Below, piece after piece: positions 59,279-64,000 of a stretch of 64,000 nt of DNA. This stretch comes from Desulfosudaceae bacterium. GTDB lineage: Bacteria > Desulfobacterota > Desulfobacteria > Desulfobacterales > Desulfosudaceae. Below the pieces are notes generated by a model, which was not told the origin of the DNA, did not search any database, and saw only the letters and a program-made list of their open reading frames with translations. The stretch's first letter is position 1. Every line of letters starts with the position of its first letter. The stretch lies in NCBI GenBank assembly GCA_963674745.2, contig CAXXDV010000003.1, positions 928,001 to 992,000 of the forward strand, given 5' to 3'. Made by a program: the position numbers and the translations under genes.

Positions 59279-60805
59279 TCAGCAACTTTCGCCGCTTTCA
59301 ACCGGAAAGCATACCGTTTCCGGGAATGACCGTTTCAAAAACCACTTGAAAACTTCGAGCCGGTTGATCTGATTGGTGCCCTCATAAATCTGATACAGCT
59401 TGCTGTCCCGCATGAGTTTTTCCGCCCGCTGGTCGTGGCGGATCCCGGCTGCTCCCATAATTGCCAGGGCCATGCGGCAATTCTTCACCCCGGCGTCGGT
59501 GCCCACCACTTTGGCCACAGACCCCCACCCGTCGGTGCGGGCAATCTCGTCATCTGTTTGCATATCAAAATAGAGCTTGCGCACCGCCCAGGTAACGATG
59601 CCCAGCCTGGTGACCCGCGAACAGATCGGATCCAGCAGTTTCAAGGGTAAATATTTTAACAGGTAATAGACCGGCTTAAAGTTGAACAACTTTGTCAACG
59701 CGTGCATACCGACGGCGGCCGAGGTTTCACAATAAGCCAGGCGGCCGACGGCCACGTTATTATACATTTCCGCCAGCATGTGCTGACACCACTCGTGATT
59801 GATCAACAACCGGCCGTCGACTTCTGTTTTTGCGGCAAACTCAAGGACGGTTTCAAGGGCGCCCCTGGCCGCGCCGGTGCCGAATGCGGCCACGCCTGTC
59901 CGCGAGGCCGCCCAGACATAAGACAGAACCTGCTGCGCTGTCTGGCCGGGCGTTCGGGAAAGCTTTTCCATTTGCCCCTTGTCCAGGGCCACGTATTCAT
60001 CAGGTATGAAACAATCCGTAAAGACCAGTTCGCTGGCCACGCATGCCTTCTGGCCCATCTTCTTCTCTTTTTTCCCCAGGGAGAATCCGTCTGTCCCGGT
60101 TTTTACCACCAGCACCGCCATGTTCTCCGATGCCTTTTCAAGGTCGGTATAGGCATAAAGAATATGCCAGGCGGCCAGGTGGCCGCAGCTGATAAATATT
60201 TTCGAGCCGTTTATCTCATATCCTCCGTCGATTTTTCGGGCATGACAGGCAAGGGCGCCTGTATCCATGAACTCCGTCACCTGGCTGTCTGTACCCGCGT
60301 CCGGTTCTGTTATGGCAAACGAAATAAGTCGCGGCTCACCGGTTTTTTGCCCCTCAACCACATCCCGCGAAACCTGATCCATCAACCTGACGTTAAACGA
60401 CGTCATCAAGCCGGTATAACCCAGGTAGTGAACGCCGACCAGGTTGGCCAGCGAGGAGCAGGCCGAGTTCAGCTCCTCCAGCAAACAGCCGATGCAGGAG
60501 AAACTGAACCCCTGTCCACCGAACACTTTGGGAATAAACAGGGTATAAAACCCCCATTCATTGGCTTTTTTTACAAAATCCCAGGGCAGGTAATCCGGGT
60601 CGGCATGCATCTTAAGATCAAGTTCCAGAGCGTATGGCCGGGCCACTTCATCATTGAATTTGCGGGCCAGTGCCATAACGGTCTTCATCTCTTTAATAAT
60701 GCCCTTTGGCTGCCGGCCGGTGGCACGCAGGCCGCACATGATATCGTCAAACCGGGGGGCCTTATTCAGATAAATTTTTTTGTCTGCGCCTGAAAGCATA
60801 TGCAA
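59279..60805 (-). CDS. Acyl-CoA dehydrogenase family protein (long form)
   Basis: FAITEPDAGTD, INGSKIFIS, KMGQKA, RDSKLYQIYEGTNQI. Confidence 0.92.
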   Translation of the reverse strand: MHMLSGADKKIYLNKAPRFDDIMCGLRATGRQPKGIIKEMKTVMALARKFNDEVARPYALELDLKMHADPDYLPWDFVKKANEWGFYTLFIPKVFGGQGFSFSCIGCLLEELNSACSSLANLVGVHYLGYTGLMTSFNVRLMDQVSRDVVEGQKTGEPRLISFAITEPDAGTDSQVTEFMDTGALACHARKIDGGYEINGSKIFISCGHLAAWHILYAYTDLEKASENMAVLVVKTGTDGFSLGKKEKKMGQKACVASELVFTDCFIPDEYVALDKGQMEKLSRTPGQTAQQVLSYVWAASRTGVAAFGTGAARGALETVLEFAAKTEVDGRLLINHEWCQHMLAEMYNNVAVGRLAYCETSAAVGMHALTKLFNFKPVYYLLKYLPLKLLDPICSRVTRLGIVTWAVRKLYFDMQTDDEIARTDGWGSVAKVVGTDAGVKNCRMALAIMGAAGIRHDQRAEKLMRDSKLYQIYEGTNQINRLEVFKWFLKRSFPETVCFPVESGESC

Positions 60806-60952
60806 TTATCTCTCTCCATAAAGGTTAAAAACTGACCACATAATCACTCCGACAATCCGGCATATCGGGCTACTGGAACAATCCTCCATAAGGCATGGAT
60901 GACCGGGCAGCAGGATGGTAAATTATTAAAAATGATTTCAAACTTTCGAGGC

Positions 60953-61540
60953 TTATTCCCATTGAACTGTTATGTGTTGGGTCAGTCCTTCTGAAACCAC
61001 CTCGAACCGGGCAGAACGCCCGCCCGCCTGTTCCACCAGTTCCTGCAGCATACCGCCGATTTGATAAGAGAAAGCAGCCACACTATCCAGATAGTTCCCG
61101 GTAAAGGAGTTGACCCTGTCCATGGCTTTTTCATCGACCGGGGCTGTTATTTTATACGTTATTCGGTTAACACCTGATTCTGTCATGACCGATTCCATGG
61201 TTTCGCCCTGGAAAAAATTCTGCCAGAACCGGGCAAAATTCTTGATACTGGCCACGGGATCGTTGGGAACCCGCACATTCTGGTAGACCGACAGCTGGTT
61301 TTGGAGGATAAACCGCCCGAAGGTGGCGGTCAGCTCCAGGTCACCGCATGCGATCCCCTGGAAGCAGGCCCAGGCCAGTTTCCGGAACACGCGGTATGAA
61401 TACCAGGCCGAGGTCATCACTTCATTGTTGACTATTTCCATTTCTTCAGCGTCGAGCCACTGAGTCCAGTCAATCTCCTTGTTGGCCCGGATCAAACGGG
61501 CATAATCTACCAACAGGCTGCCTTTTACTTTTACTGACAT
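60953..61540 (-). CDS. Hypothetical protein, possibly H-NOX/V4R-like ligand-binding fold
   Basis: 195-aa ORF from ATG 61540 with GGAGG RBS; VKG...SAWY...FGRF...VQWE pattern. Confidence 0.65.
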   Translation of the reverse strand: MSVKVKGSLLVDYARLIRANKEIDWTQWLDAEEMEIVNNEVMTSAWYSYRVFRKLAWACFQGIACGDLELTATFGRFILQNQLSVYQNVRVPNDPVASIKNFARFWQNFFQGETMESVMTESGVNRITYKITAPVDEKAMDRVNSFTGNYLDSVAAFSYQIGGMLQELVEQAGGRSARFEVVSEGLTQHITVQWE

Positions 61541-61567
61541 CGACCTCCTCCCAAAAAAATGGTGAAT

Positions 61568-61680
61568 AAAAAGACGCCTAACCGTCACCGGAGTATCGGA
61601 GGGCTTCAGCCCTCCACTTATATCTGGAAGGCTAAAGCCTTCTCCTGCATTATGCGTTCTGCGCCTAGCAGAACCGTCCA
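61568..61680 (-). ncRNA. Candidate structured cis-regulatory leader (multi-hairpin)
   Basis: Perfect stems at 61656-61674, 61627-61642 and 61598-61615, plus a final short stem with U-run at 61568-61586. Confidence 0.35.
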
Positions 61681-61747
61681 AATCAACTCGTCAAATTAAG
61701 GGTTAACCAAATTCAACCGATATCAAAAGACCGTTTATTTTCGGCCA

Positions 61748-63001
61748 TCAGAAATCCGCCTGGAGAATCGTTATCACCATGGCGGCCTCTTCGATGCCGA
61801 TATTGCCCCCTCCGTTTTCCGCCAGTGCGATCCGGGCCTTCTCCACCTGCCGGCCATTCGCCTCGCCCCTTAACTGCCAGACCAGTTCGGTGATCTGGGC
61901 CGCACCGGTGGCGCCGATGGGATGTCCCTTGGATTCGAGTCCGCCCGAAGGGTTAATCGGGAGTTTGCCGTCAATGGCGGAGTGGCCTTCCTCGGCAAAT
62001 ATCCCGCCTTCGCCCCGCGGGCAGAACCCCAGGGCTTCCGTGTTGGCGACTTCGCCAAAGGCCGTGGCATCATGAAACTCCGCCACGTCGATGTCTTCCG
62101 GCCCCACGCCGGCTGTTTCATAAGCGATTTTTCCCAGCCGTTCACCCAGATCCGGGTCGTCAAACCCGCGATCCATGCCGCCGCCCAGAACCGTAGCCAG
62201 GACCTTGACCGGTTTTGAAATGCCGAGTTTCCTGACATAGCCTTTTGAACACATGATCACCGCTGAAGCCCCGTCACCCACCGGCGAGCACATGGGCCGG
62301 GTCAGCGGATAGGCCACCGGCGGCGCTTCCAGCACTTCTTCCACCGTGAAGGGTTGCCGGTATTGGGCGTAGGGGTTGTGCACGCTGTTATTATGGTTTT
62401 TGGAACTGATTACGGCCAGCTGCCGCTGGGTAAGGCCGTATTTATCCATGTGCCGCCGTGCGCCCATGGCATATAACTCCATGAAGGCGCTGCCGCCTTT
62501 TGATGGGTTGGCCCTGGCGACCTTGCCCTGCGCTTCAGCGGCTTGGCGCTTTTGTTCAGCGTCCTGTCTCATGGCCTTAACCATAAGTTCAACCACTTCG
62601 ATGTCCGCCGAGCTTGAATACAGCTTCAATCGTTTTTCCCGGTCTTCCATGTACATTTTTTCCATTCCCAGGACCAGCGCCACATCGTGAAGGCCCAGGG
62701 CAATATCCATCCAGGCCACCTGAAAGGCCGTGGACGAAGAGCAGCAGGCGTTTTCCACATTGGTGACCGGAATGTTGCCGATTCCCATCGACCGGAGCAC
62801 CACCTGCCCCCGGATCGATTCCTGGCCGGTCACAAGCCCCTGATAGGCATTACCGACAACCGCCACCTGCAAATCCGATTTGGATATGCCGGCATGCTCG
62901 AGGGCCCGGTTAACAGCGTCTGAAGATAATTGTTTCATGGACTTATCCATGTATTTGCCAAACGGTGTCATGCCCACACCGATCACATACACATCACGCA
63001 T
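61748..63001 (-). CDS. SCPx-type thiolase family protein
   Basis: VENACCSSS, FHDAT, GHPIGATG; AAGGAG RBS before 63001. Confidence 0.93.
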   Translation of the reverse strand: MRDVYVIGVGMTPFGKYMDKSMKQLSSDAVNRALEHAGISKSDLQVAVVGNAYQGLVTGQESIRGQVVLRSMGIGNIPVTNVENACCSSSTAFQVAWMDIALGLHDVALVLGMEKMYMEDREKRLKLYSSSADIEVVELMVKAMRQDAEQKRQAAEAQGKVARANPSKGGSAFMELYAMGARRHMDKYGLTQRQLAVISSKNHNNSVHNPYAQYRQPFTVEEVLEAPPVAYPLTRPMCSPVGDGASAVIMCSKGYVRKLGISKPVKVLATVLGGGMDRGFDDPDLGERLGKIAYETAGVGPEDIDVAEFHDATAFGEVANTEALGFCPRGEGGIFAEEGHSAIDGKLPINPSGGLESKGHPIGATGAAQITELVWQLRGEANGRQVEKARIALAENGGGNIGIEEAAMVITILQADF

Positions 63002-63068
63002 CACAAACACTCCTTTTTGCTTTGAAAATTATGATTCCTGAACCGACTGCTATCGTTCCGCTTTTCAA

Positions 63069-63111
63069 AGCAAGGTACATGCCAGTCTTTTCATTTTATA
63101 AATTATTGATT
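63069..63111 (-). promoter_or_regulatory. Sigma54 (-24/-12) promoter with an upstream IHF site
   Basis: TGGCATGTACCTTGCT (63084 to 63069) matches TGGCAC-N5-TTGC(A/T); AATCAATAATTTA (63111 to 63099) matches WATCAA-N4-TTR. Confidence 0.8.
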
Positions 63112-63226
63112 TTATAACATTTTAATTATTCAGCCAGACGCTCCGTTGATATATGAACTGCTTGATGTCAACATATGAACAATCCGGTTGACTTTCTGAC
63201 CGTTGCTGATAGAATTGATCCCTGCC

Positions 63227-64000
63227 ATGACCAAACGGGACTATTCAGAAGACGCCGCGCGACTGGAAATGGATATGGCCTACAAGGCCCTTGCCAATTC
63301 CGACCGGGAAACCGCGCGCAACCATTTTCGCCATATCCTGGAGCGACTTACTGCCGCCCCTCACGCGGATAACCGCAAAAACACATTGCTGGTAACAGCA
63401 ACACTCGAGCTGTCCAACCTGAATTTCATTCTCGGCAAAGGATTCAAGGAAGCGGTGCCTTTTCTCAAGGCCAGCCTTGAAGCAGCAGAACAACTGGGGG
63501 ACCGCCGGTCACGGGCAATGATCAAGCTTCATCTGGCACGGTTGTATTACTTCTCGAATCAGCGGCAGAAAGCCATACCGGCCTTTGAAGAGGGCAGGGC
63601 CGAAGTCGAATTTCTGGGTGACGATGATATCATGGCCCAGGCATCTGAATTTATCGGCCTTTATTATCATATCCAGGGGCAGTTCCGACAGGCCCTGGAA
63701 TACTTTGAAATCGCGGTAGAAAAATTTGAGTCTACCAAGGGGATTTCGACCACCAACCCCCTGGCACCGATGTGGCTGGGATATTGCGCCGCCTACCTGG
63801 GGCAGTTTCACCGGTCGGTGGGCATGCTGGATTATTACCGCCGCGTCTCCGCGGAACGCGGCGATCTCGCCCTGGCCGCTACCACCCGGGCTGCACTGGG
63901 CATCGTGCTGCTTCAAATCGGAAGAACAGAGGAGGCCGCGACACATCTTTTTGATGTCATCAAATATGCCCAGAAAATCCAGAATGCCCTGGCTGTATAC
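63227..64000 (+). CDS. N-terminal part of a TPR-like helical protein, probably a sigma54-dependent activator (runs off the window)
   Basis: Manual translation MTKRDYSEDAARLEMD...AAEQLGDRRSRAMIKLHLARLYY...GQFRQALEYFE, apparently open to the window end; divergent from the sigma54 promoter; no AAA+ domain visible in the window. Confidence 0.7.
   Translation, partial: MTKRDYSEDAARLEMDMAYKALANSDRETARNHFRHILERLTAAPHADNRKNTLLVTATLELSNLNFILGKGFKEAVPFLKASLEAAEQLGDRRSRAMIKLHLARLYYFSNQRQKAIPAFEEGRAEVEFLGDDDIMAQASEFIGLYYHIQGQFRQALEYFEIAVEKFESTKGISTTNPLAPMWLGYCAAYLGQFHRSVGMLDYYRRVSAERGDLALAATTRAALGIVLLQIGRTEEAATHLFDVIKYAQKIQNALAVY

Noticed and set aside
63175..63372. 65-aa ORF as the divergent gene
   Set aside because: A different frame starting at 63227 gives a long TPR-like protein running off the window
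1..64000. tRNA, rRNA, intact transposase or prophage genes
   Set aside because: None recognised by eye; tRNAscan-SE, Infernal and ISEScan would be needed to exclude them formally

Overview
Bacterial chromosomal window, most consistent with an anaerobic Desulfobacterota (Desulfobacterales-like) genome; the taxonomy is inferred from gene content. Left to right: (1) a housekeeping block (PTS IIA, RNase Z-like, Trm112, DUF4416, yicC, an inserted SDR, remA/DUF370, gmk) and a small AT-richer SGNH/GT-C island; (2) a TetR-headed lipid catabolism cluster with two large fusion proteins (MaoC-SDR-SCP2 and HMGS-like-DUF35-SDR-SCP2), an SCPx-type thiolase, two acyl-CoA dehydrogenases, an AMACR-like CaiB protein and sdhCAB; (3) an accessory region with a lipase, its foldase and a membrane AraC regulator, three 597-aa secretory lipase paralogs, an ABC exporter, hipBA, an acyltransferase and a diguanylate cyclase; (4) a sigma54-driven acyl-CoA operon with a split 2-hydroxyacyl-CoA dehydratase pair. 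The top finding is a hidden MerB-like organomercurial lyase gene (46076..46822, minus strand) in which both catalytic Cys positions are in-frame TGA codons, each followed by a SECIS-like hairpin, i.e. a candidate two-selenocysteine protein. Also notable: a peroxisome-like pathway for 2-methyl-branched acyl-CoAs, a lipase paralog with Asp at the nucleophile position, an in-frame TAG in a kinase receiver domain, a multi-hairpin leader RNA candidate and empty inverted octamer-repeat elements. No rRNA, tRNA or CRISPR array was seen. All family assignments come from motif recognition; no database searches were run.
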